Below are positions 35,612 to 44,339 of a stretch of 64,000 nt of DNA, piece after piece. Source of the DNA: an uncultured Candidatus Peribacteria bacterium (GTDB lineage Bacteria; Patescibacteriota; Gracilibacteria; Peribacterales; Peribacteraceae); the NCBI GenBank assembly GCA_964575275.1, contig CAZNPE010000001.1:319904-383903 (forward strand), read 5' to 3'. The stretch's first letter is position 1; every line of letters starts with the position of its first letter. Under the pieces are notes generated by a model that was not told where the DNA came from, ran no database searches, and saw only the letters and a list, made by a program, of their open reading frames with translations. Made by a program: the position numbers and the translations under genes.

Positions 35612-36321
35612 CCTTGAGCATTGTCATTCCTGCCTTCAATGAGGAGAAGTACATCGGCGATTGTCTGAAGAGCTGTCTCAAGTTTGCGCCTGCAAACCTC
35701 CGTGAAATTATTGTTGTCGACAATGCGAGTACCGACAGAACTGCCGAGGTCGCGAGAGGGTATGGGCCACTCGTGCGCGTTGTGTCTCAGCCAAAGAAGG
35801 GGCTCACTCATGCTCGTCAGGCTGGTTTCGAAGCAGCGCAAGGAGACATCATGATGTCGATCGATGCCGATACACGTCTCCCTCCACAATGGTTTGACGA
35901 AATGCAGAAGCAACTGAGTACGCCAGGAGTCGTGTGTGTCAGCGGCCCATATGTTCTCTACGACGTGCCGAAGTGGAAGAGTCCACTCGTTGCTGCGTAC
36001 TGGGCATTGTCAGCATTCTTTACCAAGATGTTCACTGGTCACCTTGTTGTGGGTGGCAACTGGGCAGCGCCTCGAGCCGCCATTCAAAAGATTGGCGGGT
36101 TCGACACCTCTATCGAGTTCTTTGGCGAAGACACGGACATTGGTCGTCGCATGAAGCAGATCGGTACAGTCGTGTACTCATCCAAGTGTTGGCTCTATTC
36201 CTCTGCACGTCGTGTGAATTCAGAAGGATTACTCTGGCCATCGGTCATCTACATTCTCAATTACTTCTGGGTTGCCATTTTTCACCGACCACTCACCACG
36301 AAACACAAGGACATTCGATAG
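35608..36321 (+). CDS. Glycosyltransferase family 2
   Basis: LSIVIPAFNEEKYIGDCL, VVDNASTDRT and DADT motifs, with an ATGA overlap to the upstream gene. Confidence 0.8.
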   Translation: MTLSIVIPAFNEEKYIGDCLKSCLKFAPANLREIIVVDNASTDRTAEVARGYGPLVRVVSQPKKGLTHARQAGFEAAQGDIMMSIDADTRLPPQWFDEMQKQLSTPGVVCVSGPYVLYDVPKWKSPLVAAYWALSAFFTKMFTGHLVVGGNWAAPRAAIQKIGGFDTSIEFFGEDTDIGRRMKQIGTVVYSSKCWLYSSARRVNSEGLLWPSVIYILNYFWVAIFHRPLTTKHKDIR

Positions 36322-36393
36322 TCGATTTTTCGCTAATCCCTTTCTTTTTTCCTTGGTCGGGGGTATACCGTCCCAGACCTTTTGTCCGCTCCC

Positions 36394-37725
36394 ATGAAAG
36401 AAAAGCTTTTGCAGAAGGCTGATGCGCTTCTTGGAAAGAAGCATGACCAAGAGTTGAGGCAGCTTCTGTCTCATCAGGATTTTCATATCATCGCACAGGT
36501 CATCGATGCTCTTCCGCATGGTAAACGAAAGACGTTTGCACTTCTGCCGCCAGAAAAGCAGGCCGAAGTCGCTCTCGTCATTAGTGAAGATAGTAAGCAC
36601 CGTATTTTCCCTCGGCTCTCGGACGCGGTCGTTGCGCGATTCCTCCACTTCAATGACGAAGATGATGCCACCGATATCTTGCAGTACCTTTCGGCGACCC
36701 GTCGTGCTGCCATCTTACTTTCCATGCGCGAGGAAAAGAGGCGAAAGATCGAGAAGCTTCTGAAATTCGGATCCGAAACGGCGGGTGGTCTCATGGATCT
36801 CAACTTTATCTTGGTCAAGCCACTCTTCACATTTGAAGAGGTCCTTGAGAAAGTACAGAAGCACATCGAAGGCAAGAAGCGTGATATGCCAACGGTGCTC
36901 GTGGTTGATGAAAAAGGTCGTATCGAGGGATTCATCCCAGAACGTGTGCTCCTCTTTCCTCCACAGAATGCGAAGGTAGAAGATCAGACAGTCCCGCTGC
37001 CTGTTGTGTCCCACAAGATGGACCGCGAGAAAGTGATGCAGGTGATGGCGCGTATGAGGTCGGAAGTCCTTGTCGTCGCCGATGAAGCAGAGCAAGTGAT
37101 GGGTATCATTCACCTCCGCGACCTCATGAAGGTTGCTCAGGCCGAGGCCACGGAAGACATCTATCGCTTTGCGGGTGTGGATGTAGAGGCACAACCAATG
37201 GACTCTGTTTTCCTCAAGGTAAAGCGTCGTTATAACTGGCTCCTCATCAATTTGGTTACAGCGTTCATGGCGTCCTTCGTTGTGTCACTCTTTCAAGACA
37301 CTATTTCTCGATTCGCAATCCTCGCTGTCTTCATGCCGATTGTTGCTGGTCAGGGTGGAAACGCGGCCACGCAAGCGCTCGCAGTCGTCGTGCGAGGACT
37401 CGCGGTTGGTGAACTGAACTGGTCGAAAGCACGAAAGGTTATTTTCCGTGAAGCATCGGCTGGCGTCATCAATGGCGTCATTACAGGAACGGCTGCTGCG
37501 TGTGCTGCCATCGCTTTTGGTGCGCCCCCTGTTCTGGGTTTCTGTCTCATGGCGGCTATGATTATTAACTTCTTCGTGGCAGGTTTCTTTGGCGCACTGA
37601 TTCCGCTCATTCTCAAGAGACTGAAAATCGATCCAGCAGTCGCAAGTAGCGTCTTTGTGACGACTATGACTGATATTTTTGGCTTTTTGGCTTTCCTAGG
37701 TCTAGGAAGCCTCTTCATGACGTAA
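36394..37725 (+). CDS. mgtE: Magnesium transporter MgtE
   Basis: MgtE N-domain, two CBS-like segments and the C-terminal TM domain with PIVAGQGGNAATQ. Confidence 0.88.
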   Translation: MKEKLLQKADALLGKKHDQELRQLLSHQDFHIIAQVIDALPHGKRKTFALLPPEKQAEVALVISEDSKHRIFPRLSDAVVARFLHFNDEDDATDILQYLSATRRAAILLSMREEKRRKIEKLLKFGSETAGGLMDLNFILVKPLFTFEEVLEKVQKHIEGKKRDMPTVLVVDEKGRIEGFIPERVLLFPPQNAKVEDQTVPLPVVSHKMDREKVMQVMARMRSEVLVVADEAEQVMGIIHLRDLMKVAQAEATEDIYRFAGVDVEAQPMDSVFLKVKRRYNWLLINLVTAFMASFVVSLFQDTISRFAILAVFMPIVAGQGGNAATQALAVVVRGLAVGELNWSKARKVIFREASAGVINGVITGTAAACAAIAFGAPPVLGFCLMAAMIINFFVAGFFGALIPLILKRLKIDPAVASSVFVTTMTDIFGFLAFLGLGSLFMT

Positions 37726-37777
37726 TCAGCAGATGCAGTACAGGTGCGAGAGAGCTGGTTTTTGATGTAGTACAATA

Positions 37778-37806
37778 TTGTGTTTATGGCTCAGATATGC
37801 TATAAT
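37778..37806 (+). promoter_or_regulatory. Promoter TTGTGT-17-TGCTATAAT of the pilin-like operon
   Basis: TTGTGTttatggctcagatatgcTATAATaattagatttATG. The -10 box ends 10 nt before the ATG at 37817. Confidence 0.65.
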
Positions 37807-37816
37807 AATTAGATTT

Positions 37817-38311
37817 ATGTCACACACATATTCTCATCGTTTGGCCTCACTGGTTCTCATGATTGTGTGTACTCTCTCTGTTGTGAGCGCAGTTCATGCG
37901 CAGACAGCAGGAGGCGGAGGTGCAGCGGGCGGCGGTCAGCCGCAGCAGGGGCAGCAGTGTCCTGCCGATCAGCAGCCATGTAATGGCCGTTGTATTCCAG
38001 AGACATCCATTTGTATTTTAGAGCCACTCCCTGGAGGCACCGATGAAATCCCATCTTCGAGCATTGGGCTCGGCGCTTTCCTGATGTACGTGAATACCGG
38101 TGTGTGGCAGATCATTTTCCGTATGGGCGTTGCGATTGCTGTCCTCAACGGTGTCATCGGTGGGTTCCAAATTGTACTGAGTAACGGTGATTCAGGAAAA
38201 GTTGATGCAGGAAAAAACCGATTCATTGGTTCAGCTATTGGACTCATCATCCTTCTCCTCACCGGAACAATTCTCGCATTCTTGAATCCAGTTGGCTTCG
38301 TCTCACCATGA
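37817..38311 (+). CDS. T4SS-pilin-like protein with Gly/Gln/Cys-rich insert
   Basis: Signal peptide (..SVVSAVHAQ), then GGGGAAGGGQPQQGQQCPADQQPCNGRCIPETSIC, then two TM helices separated by NGDSGKVDAGKNR. Confidence 0.55.
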   Translation: MSHTYSHRLASLVLMIVCTLSVVSAVHAQTAGGGGAAGGGQPQQGQQCPADQQPCNGRCIPETSICILEPLPGGTDEIPSSSIGLGAFLMYVNTGVWQIIFRMGVAIAVLNGVIGGFQIVLSNGDSGKVDAGKNRFIGSAIGLIILLLTGTILAFLNPVGFVSP

Positions 38312-38898
38312 AAAAGCTTTTTCTTCGCGCATCGGCAATCGCTCTTGCCCTCTTCCCGGCTATTGCTGAGGCGCAGACACAGCAAATCCTCATTTACTGT
38401 GGCAACTTACCTGGCTGTCCTTCCGGATTTGTCGAGCGCTTTTCGTCTGCGCTCGCCATCTTGCTCGTGCGTTTGCCAACGTATGTGTACGTCTTGGGCG
38501 TACTCTTCATTATGATCGGTGGTGCATACATGGTGATAAGCGCTGGAGATGATGAAAAAGTGACCAAAGGAAAGAACACCATTACATGGGCAATCATTGG
38601 TATTGGTGTTATGCAATTTGCCCAGCAAATCATTGGTTTTGTGGTGCAAGAAGTTGGCTCGCGTGAATCTGGACCAGATCTTGTGGAATCAGTTGCACGA
38701 ACAGTCATCGGAGGTATTTTCGATGTGCTTTTTGTTGCGCTTCTTGGAGTCGCTATTTACTCTGGTATGCGCATGGTTCTTTCATTTGGAGAGGAAGATG
38801 GATTTAAGAAAGGTCGTGAAGGTCTTTTGTGGGCCGCAGTCGGCGCCATTATCATCAATCTTGCACAGGCGATCGCCAATGCATTCATGACGCTCTAA
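38308..38898 (+). CDS. T4SS-pilin-like membrane protein (larger paralog)
   Basis: Signal peptide (..FPAIAEAQ) and a hydrophobic hairpin around GDDEKVTKGKN, plus extra TM helices. It has an ATGA overlap with the upstream gene. Confidence 0.5.
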   Translation: MKKLFLRASAIALALFPAIAEAQTQQILIYCGNLPGCPSGFVERFSSALAILLVRLPTYVYVLGVLFIMIGGAYMVISAGDDEKVTKGKNTITWAIIGIGVMQFAQQIIGFVVQEVGSRESGPDLVESVARTVIGGIFDVLFVALLGVAIYSGMRMVLSFGEEDGFKKGREGLLWAAVGAIIINLAQAIANAFMTL

Positions 38899-38900
38899 CT

Positions 38901-39254
38901 ATGAAACGTTTTCTCCTCACGCTGGCCGGACTAATCACTCCACTGACGGCTCATGCCTATCGCCTGACAGATTCGGGCTGGAGCTGTAGCGGATTCCTAA
39001 AGTGTGGAACATCTCAAGATGCAGTCACCGACCTTACGAGTAACATTATTAGTGCGGTTGGCGCATTTATTCTCGCTCTTGGCGTCATCGCTATTTTCTA
39101 CGGTGCCATCCGTATGGTTACCTCACAGGGTGAGGAAGGAAAAGATGCAGGAAAGAAGGCAATTCTCTACGCACTTCTTGGCATCGCGCTCGCAATGCTC
39201 ACCGGTGCCATTATTGAGTTCGTGAGGGACTACATCTACCTTTTGGGTCGCTAA
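38901..39254 (+). CDS. T4SS-pilin-like (TrbC/VirB2-like) protein
   Basis: MKRFLLTLAGLITPLTAHA signal, then IISAVGAFILALGVIAIFYGAIRMVTSQGEEGKDAGKKAILYALLGIALAMLTGAIIEF. This is the classic two-helix pilin layout. Confidence 0.6.
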   Translation: MKRFLLTLAGLITPLTAHAYRLTDSGWSCSGFLKCGTSQDAVTDLTSNIISAVGAFILALGVIAIFYGAIRMVTSQGEEGKDAGKKAILYALLGIALAMLTGAIIEFVRDYIYLLGR

Positions 39255-39329
39255 AGACCGAAGAGAAGGGTATCGGTCGACATGGTTTTTTTCGTGACGC
39301 TACCGTCGTTTTTCTGGCACAATGAAGCC

Positions 39330-40859
39330 ATGTCCCAGAAGCGATACATCACCACCGCTATCGACTATCCCAATGCAGCTCCCCATATGGGGCATGTGCT
39401 GGAGAAAGTCCTTGCCGACGTTGTTGCACGTTGGTTCCGTTTACGTGGAGATGACGTTCGTTTTCAGATTGGTACCGATGAACACGGTATCAAGATTCAG
39501 CAGACCGCTGATAGGGAAAAGCTCACACCTCAAGCACTCGTCGATCGCAATGTTCCATACTTCAAAGAGTTGTACGAGAAGCTTGGCATCTCCGCCGATG
39601 TCTTCATTCGTACGACCGATCAAAAGGTGCACTGGCCAACCGTACGCGAACTTTGGAAAAAGCTTGAGAAGGCCGGAACGCTTCAGAAGCGCACATACAC
39701 AGGCTTGTACTGTTCTGGTTGTGAGCGCTTTCTCACGAAGAAGGACTTGGTGGAAGGGAAGTGCGATATCCACAAAGTTGCCCCGCAGGAAGTGAAGGAA
39801 GAGAACTGGTTCTTTGTTCTCTCCAAGGAAACAGAGTGGTTGAAGAAGCTTCTCAAGAAAGACTACAAGATCATCCCGATATTCCGTGAGAAGGAAACAC
39901 TCTCGCTCCTGGATGCAGGACTGGAAGATGTGTCATTCTCGCGCCCAAAGACGAGCTTGTCGTGGGGTATCCCTGTTCCTGGCGATGAAGCGCAGACCAT
40001 GTACGTGTGGTGCGATGCGCTCACGAACTACATCTCAGGCATTGGCTACTTCACCGATCATGAAGAGAAACAGTGGTGGGATGATGCTGAGGTCACCCAT
40101 GTTATTGGCAAAGATATCGCACGCTTCCATGCACTCATTTGGCCAGCCATGCTTAAAGCAGCCGGTGTTCGTGCGCCAGATCAGCTCCTGATTCACGGAT
40201 TTCTCACCAGTGAAGGCCAGAAGATGAGTAAGTCATTGGGCAACGTCGTGAAGCCAGAGGAAGTGCTCACGCACTTCCATGGCAATCCCGATCCGCTCCG
40301 CTTTTACTTAAGCCACGAAATTCCAGTAGGAAACGATGGAGACTTCAGCTGGAAGAACATCGATGCTGTCTACGATGCCAAGCTCCGCAATCAGCTCGGC
40401 AACATGCTGAATCGCGTCCTCGTCATGCTGAAAAAAGAAGATCTTTCACTGCAGATTCTCGTAGCAACAGATAGTGCAGCAGCGACACAGAGGCTCTGGG
40501 AAGACTATGCCAAGCATCTCGATGCATTCGATCTCCACGGCGCATTGCAGCTCGTCACTGCTGGTGTCGACAAGATGAATGCTGCGTTCAACGATGCGCA
40601 GCCATGGAAGTTAGAGGGCAAGGCAAAGACCGAAGCACTCTCCACATTTGCCGAGTGCCTCCGGCATGTTGCACTCATGCTTCTGCCATTCATCCCAACG
40701 AGTGCGCAGAAGATGTGTGCTCAGCTCAATGTGCCCTACGCCGAGAAGGTTTTGGACAAGTCGTTCGTGCTCACCCAGGAATTGAAGGCATGGAATGGCG
40801 CGAAGGATTGGAAAAAGACAGGTGAGCCGTCCATCCTTTTTGCGCCGTTGGAGAAGTAA
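39330..40859 (+). CDS. metG: Methionine--tRNA ligase
   Basis: HIGH-type motif (PHMGHVLE), KMSKS (QKMSKSLGN) and a CxxC knuckle (CSGCERF...C). The start is set to the ATG at 39330, with TGGCACAAT 6 nt upstream. Confidence 0.92.
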   Translation: MSQKRYITTAIDYPNAAPHMGHVLEKVLADVVARWFRLRGDDVRFQIGTDEHGIKIQQTADREKLTPQALVDRNVPYFKELYEKLGISADVFIRTTDQKVHWPTVRELWKKLEKAGTLQKRTYTGLYCSGCERFLTKKDLVEGKCDIHKVAPQEVKEENWFFVLSKETEWLKKLLKKDYKIIPIFREKETLSLLDAGLEDVSFSRPKTSLSWGIPVPGDEAQTMYVWCDALTNYISGIGYFTDHEEKQWWDDAEVTHVIGKDIARFHALIWPAMLKAAGVRAPDQLLIHGFLTSEGQKMSKSLGNVVKPEEVLTHFHGNPDPLRFYLSHEIPVGNDGDFSWKNIDAVYDAKLRNQLGNMLNRVLVMLKKEDLSLQILVATDSAAATQRLWEDYAKHLDAFDLHGALQLVTAGVDKMNAAFNDAQPWKLEGKAKTEALSTFAECLRHVALMLLPFIPTSAQKMCAQLNVPYAEKVLDKSFVLTQELKAWNGAKDWKKTGEPSILFAPLEK

Positions 40860-40966
40860 ACAGCGGGTGTTGCAATGGAAAACTTGTGTCGGAGTCCGAT
40901 CGCCTTTATAAAAGGCTTCGTATGAATGTTTATGAATCTCCGCATCGCAGGAACGACAGAGAGACA

Positions 40967-41143
40967 ATGAATACATTTCGTGCATTGGCTGGTGCTAGCC
41001 TCCTCCTTGGTGCATTGACGCAGATTCCATCCTGTACACGTGGTTTTTACGACACAAACATTCGTAGTTCATCTGATGCCGCAACCGCAACAGGGAGCCA
41101 AGAAGGGCAAAAAGCAGGGGTTTTAGAAGGAGGGGAAAAGTGA
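40967..41143 (+). CDS. Possible small secreted protein (uncertain)
   Basis: MNTFRALAGASLLLGALTQIPSC... is signal-like, but the lipobox is non-canonical and no promoter is evident. Confidence 0.3.
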   Translation: MNTFRALAGASLLLGALTQIPSCTRGFYDTNIRSSSDAATATGSQEGQKAGVLEGGEK

Positions 41144-41263
41144 TATACTAGTCGCACGCTCTAGGAAACCTCCCGATGTACGATGTTTTCTTCGACTGAA
41201 GGGTGAAGCGGCGAGTCCTTCTCAAAGCTACCTGGAGCACTTCCATTCCTTTCCCAATTTTCT

Positions 41264-41617
41264 ATGTTCGACCCAATGTCCGAACTCAGTAGTCCTGTGG
41301 GTGGTGAAGATCCACTTGCTCCTACATCTAACTTCGGCGGCAATGCCGGCGGCGGTTTCCAGCCACAGTCGCGCCCACCACGTCATGGTGGTCATGGCGG
41401 CGGAGGCGGCGGTGGACGCTATGGTGAAGAAATTCACTCCATCACTATTCGTGCACGCCAGCGCACGTTCTACATCGACTTGAAGCAGTCCGGTAACGGC
41501 AAGTTCTTCAAAGTCTCCGAGAAGTCTCGTGGTGGTCAGAAGTCTACAATCGTCTTCGACGTTGAGGATTTGCCACACTTCATCAAAGCTCTTCAGGAAA
41601 TGCAGACGAAACTTTAG
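41264..41617 (+). CDS. PUR-alpha-like (DUF3276-type) nucleic-acid-binding protein with Gly-rich N-terminus
   Basis: IRARQRTFYIDLKQSGNGKFFKVSEKSRGGQKSTIVFDVEDLPHFIKAL fits the bacterial Pur-repeat pattern. It is preceded by HGGHGGGGGGGRYG. Confidence 0.6.
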   Translation: MFDPMSELSSPVGGEDPLAPTSNFGGNAGGGFQPQSRPPRHGGHGGGGGGGRYGEEIHSITIRARQRTFYIDLKQSGNGKFFKVSEKSRGGQKSTIVFDVEDLPHFIKALQEMQTKL

Positions 41618-41670
41618 TGCATGAAAGGAAACCTTGTCGGTTTCCTCTCATGAGCTCTCCTTCCCTTCAA

Positions 41671-41717
41671 GGTGTCGCTCCAGCCCGGAACAAGTCCGGG
41701 CTTCGCGACGCCTTTTT
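41671..41717 (+). terminator. Intrinsic terminator after the PUR-like gene
   Basis: Compound stem ggtgtcgc..agcccgga-acaag-tccgggct..gcgacgcc followed by TTTTT. Confidence 0.65.
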
Positions 41718-41728
41718 AATTAGTGTAT

Positions 41729-43003
41729 TTATTCCTCAATCAGATCGTATCCGTTCACCAATGGATTCTGCAGCATCGTGTTCAGCACGATTTTCGCAGC
41801 CTCGGCACGAGTAATGGAATTACCAGGGCCGAAGGTACCATCCCCATAGCCACTCACGATTTCTCTCGCAGCTGCCGAACGAACGTAGGACTCGAACCAG
41901 TCAGTACTGCTGACATCCAGGAATGTCGGTGCAGTGTCTGTGTTCGCAGGGCTCAGCTGTGATCCGAGCGAAAGGATTTTGAGCGCTTCCGCACGGTTCA
42001 CGGGTGCATCGGGACGGAAGGTGCCATCCTCGTATCCTGCCACAATCCCGTAGTGCGCAGCGGTGTAGATGACCTGTCGTCGTAATGCGACTTCTGCATT
42101 TTCTCCCAAGCGGAAATCTTTTCGTACGTCGGAGAACGTGACAGTTTCACTGTCTGATCTGCTGCGTAGCTTAGTGCAAGTAGACAGCAATACCATTTTC
42201 AGAAACTCAAATCGTGTCACTGGCTGATCTGGCTTGAAGAGTGACTTCCCACCCTCGGTATAGCCGCGGATGAGAGGGCTCGCGTCTGGCAAAATGCTCA
42301 CGCCACGGAGTTTCTGCACCACGCTCACGCTCCAGTGGTCGGACATGTCATCGAATGTGCTCGTTGCTTTGTCATACCAGAAGCACGCATTTTCCGCAGG
42401 ATCGTTTCCTGCATCAATCTCAGTTTTGTCATCCACCCCATCACGATCGGTGTCGACATTCAGTGGGTCAGTTCCACGCGCAAACTCCTCCGCGTTCGTC
42501 AGCGAGTCGCCATCTGGGTCATCCGATGGCGTTGGTGCAACGTCACTGACATCCAAATTTGTCTTTGCCTCCCATTCGTCGGGAAGGCCATTGGAATTAT
42601 TGTCCTGCTGAAACTTAGAGTCGAGTGGAAACGGATCATCACGGTCAATGAGCCCATCACCGTCGGTATCTGCATTTTTTGGGTCAGTTTTTTTCAGAAG
42701 CTCCAGACCGTTGACGAGTCCATCACCATCGCTGTCGGCTGTCATGTCGTCTGTTGGGTCATCTGGATTGCGGCGAGCGGCTACTTCAGAACCGTCGGAT
42801 TCACCACCGTTGTCACCATCGGCATCGTATGGATTCGTTTCTCCGGCATCCAGAATACCGTTTCGGTTGGCATCCTCTTGTACATCCGTCAGGCCATCAC
42901 CATCAGTATCCTGATTTGCAGATTGCGCATCAATTTCTACTGGCGAAAAGGCGATGAGAAGAGTGAGGAGGGTGGCCGATAATAGTCGCAGTGAATGCTT
43001 CAT
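41729..43003 (-). CDS. Secreted protein with thrombospondin type-3-like Ca-binding repeats and C-terminal SLH domains
   Basis: The start is set to the ATG at 43003 (MKHSLRLLSATLLTLLIAFSP signal), which forms an ATGA overlap with the fmt stop. It has many DTDGDGLTD/DSDGDGL/DPDGDSL repeats and C-terminal SLH-like repeats (GYEDGTFRPDAPVNRAEALKIL). Confidence 0.7.
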   Translation of the reverse strand: MKHSLRLLSATLLTLLIAFSPVEIDAQSANQDTDGDGLTDVQEDANRNGILDAGETNPYDADGDNGGESDGSEVAARRNPDDPTDDMTADSDGDGLVNGLELLKKTDPKNADTDGDGLIDRDDPFPLDSKFQQDNNSNGLPDEWEAKTNLDVSDVAPTPSDDPDGDSLTNAEEFARGTDPLNVDTDRDGVDDKTEIDAGNDPAENACFWYDKATSTFDDMSDHWSVSVVQKLRGVSILPDASPLIRGYTEGGKSLFKPDQPVTRFEFLKMVLLSTCTKLRSRSDSETVTFSDVRKDFRLGENAEVALRRQVIYTAAHYGIVAGYEDGTFRPDAPVNRAEALKILSLGSQLSPANTDTAPTFLDVSSTDWFESYVRSAAAREIVSGYGDGTFGPGNSITRAEAAKIVLNTMLQNPLVNGYDLIEE

Positions 43004-43872
43004 GGACGCGTGCGCCCCCGAAGGAATGCTTGCCCGGTCATTGGTTTCTTTCCGGGTGGTTGGATGGTGCGCACGTAGAGCGTACCGTCTTTGCATTCGA
43101 TCGGCAGCGTGTCTGCGCCAGATTCGAGTTGCGTCTCTAAGAGTTTGTTGGCCTCCCATGTCACACCAGGCCATGGTGTGAGTGCACGCACCCGACGATC
43201 GATGTCTTCCGCAGTCATGCTCTTCGGATCTACAACTCCATCGGATTTCTTTAGCTTTCCGCAGAAGGTTGCCTTCGTGTGATCTTGCTCCTTTGGAGCG
43301 AGCGGCTTGGTCAACGTGTCTGCAACAAGCGTGGCACCAACGGTAGCGAGTTTGTCGTGGAGACTTCGAAACGTTTCACGTCCATCCAGTTCGATGGCTG
43401 CCTGCGACAGCACCGGCCCACTATCGAGTTGCTTCTGCATTTTCTGTACCGTGACGCCGCTCGTTTTGAGCCCTTGAAGGATGGCATGTTGCAGGGGCGA
43501 TGCGCCACGGAGGAGGGGAAGAAGTGAGGCGTGAATGTTCACCGGAACGACAGTCGGCCAATCGAGAATTTCTTGCGAGAGAAGTTGGCCGTAGGAAACA
43601 ACGACGAGAAAATCCGGACGAGGGAATTTGGAATTCAGAATATGGAATTCAGAATTTAGTTTCTCAGGTTGGAGGACAGGAATACCAAGTTTCTCAGCGA
43701 TTACTTTTACTGGAGGAGGAGTCATCGCTTGCTTACGTCCAACCGGTCGATCGGGTTGGGTGATGACGAGTGTGACCTTGAATCGATTGTCGCTTGCCAG
43801 CGTCTGTAGGCTGGGCACGGCAAATTCCGAGGTTCCAAGGAAGACGATGGAGAGAGGCTTTTGGGTGCTCAT
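43000..43872 (-). CDS. fmt: Methionyl-tRNA formyltransferase
   Basis: IVFLGTSEFAVPSL and NIHASLLPLLRGASPLQ. The start is set to the ATG at 43872. Confidence 0.9.
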   Translation of the reverse strand: MSTQKPLSIVFLGTSEFAVPSLQTLASDNRFKVTLVITQPDRPVGRKQAMTPPPVKVIAEKLGIPVLQPEKLNSEFHILNSKFPRPDFLVVVSYGQLLSQEILDWPTVVPVNIHASLLPLLRGASPLQHAILQGLKTSGVTVQKMQKQLDSGPVLSQAAIELDGRETFRSLHDKLATVGATLVADTLTKPLAPKEQDHTKATFCGKLKKSDGVVDPKSMTAEDIDRRVRALTPWPGVTWEANKLLETQLESGADTLPIECKDGTLYVRTIQPPGKKPMTGQAFLRGRTRP

Positions 43873-43887
43873 AGGAGGCAGATGCGC

Positions 43888-43901
43888 TAGAATTGATTCT
43901 A
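43888..43901. promoter_or_regulatory. Palindrome TAGAATTGATTCTA: two divergent -10 boxes (rbfA on plus, fmt on minus)
   Basis: TAGAAT lies on the plus strand at 43888..43893 and TAGAAT on the minus strand at 43896..43901. Confidence 0.4.
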
Positions 43902-43917
43902 CCTTCCTCTCCTCACT

Positions 43918-44238
43918 CTGTCTCGTCGCTCCACACAACTCGCCGGCGTCATCCGCACGATCATTGCGCGGTTCGTCATCGAAATTCCACCGAACGTGGC
44001 GATGGCGGCCAGTATTACCGATGTAAAGCTGAGCCCAGACTTGAGCTACGCCGATGTGTCAGTCAGTGCGATTTCAGGAGTTGAAGGTGCCATCAAGTTC
44101 CTTCAGGGAAAGAAAGGGGAGATGCGTCACACGATTGCACAGCAGGTGCAGGCACACGCTGTTCCTATCATTCGTTTTCATGTGGATGAGTCTGGAGCCA
44201 AGGCGGACAAGCTAGATCGATTGATCGATTCTTTGTAG
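43918..44238 (+). CDS. rbfA: Ribosome-binding factor A, probable non-canonical (CTG) start
   Basis: The frame is open from 43897. The RbfA-like N-terminus (L)SRRSTQLAGVIRTIIARFVIEIPPNV precedes the ORF-track GTG at 43996. Between the upstream stop (43894) and 43996 there is no ATG, GTG or TTG, and CTG at 43918 is the only near-cognate codon I see besides ATC (43951, 43960, 43978) and ATT (43963, 43984). Confidence 0.6.
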   Translation: MSRRSTQLAGVIRTIIARFVIEIPPNVAMAASITDVKLSPDLSYADVSVSAISGVEGAIKFLQGKKGEMRHTIAQQVQAHAVPIIRFHVDESGAKADKLDRLIDSL

Positions 44239-44339
44239 GAGAAGTAGAGGTTCTTTGAACATAGAGCCAGTTCGACATATGAGAAAATTGATCATTTTCC
44301 ACGCGTCTTCATACTGCGCCTCTATTTCATTTTTCTCCT

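Noticed and set aside
36322-36393. A possible M-box (Mg2+) riboswitch upstream of mgtE.
   Set aside because: The intergenic region is only about 70 nt and shows no extended helices. That is too short for an M-box.
43630-43655. A tandem ggaattcagaat repeat resembling the AGAAT-word palindromes.
   Set aside because: It lies inside fmt and encodes LNSEFHILNSKF in a region that aligns with normal Fmt sequence. It is a coding coincidence and not a member of the intergenic repeat family.
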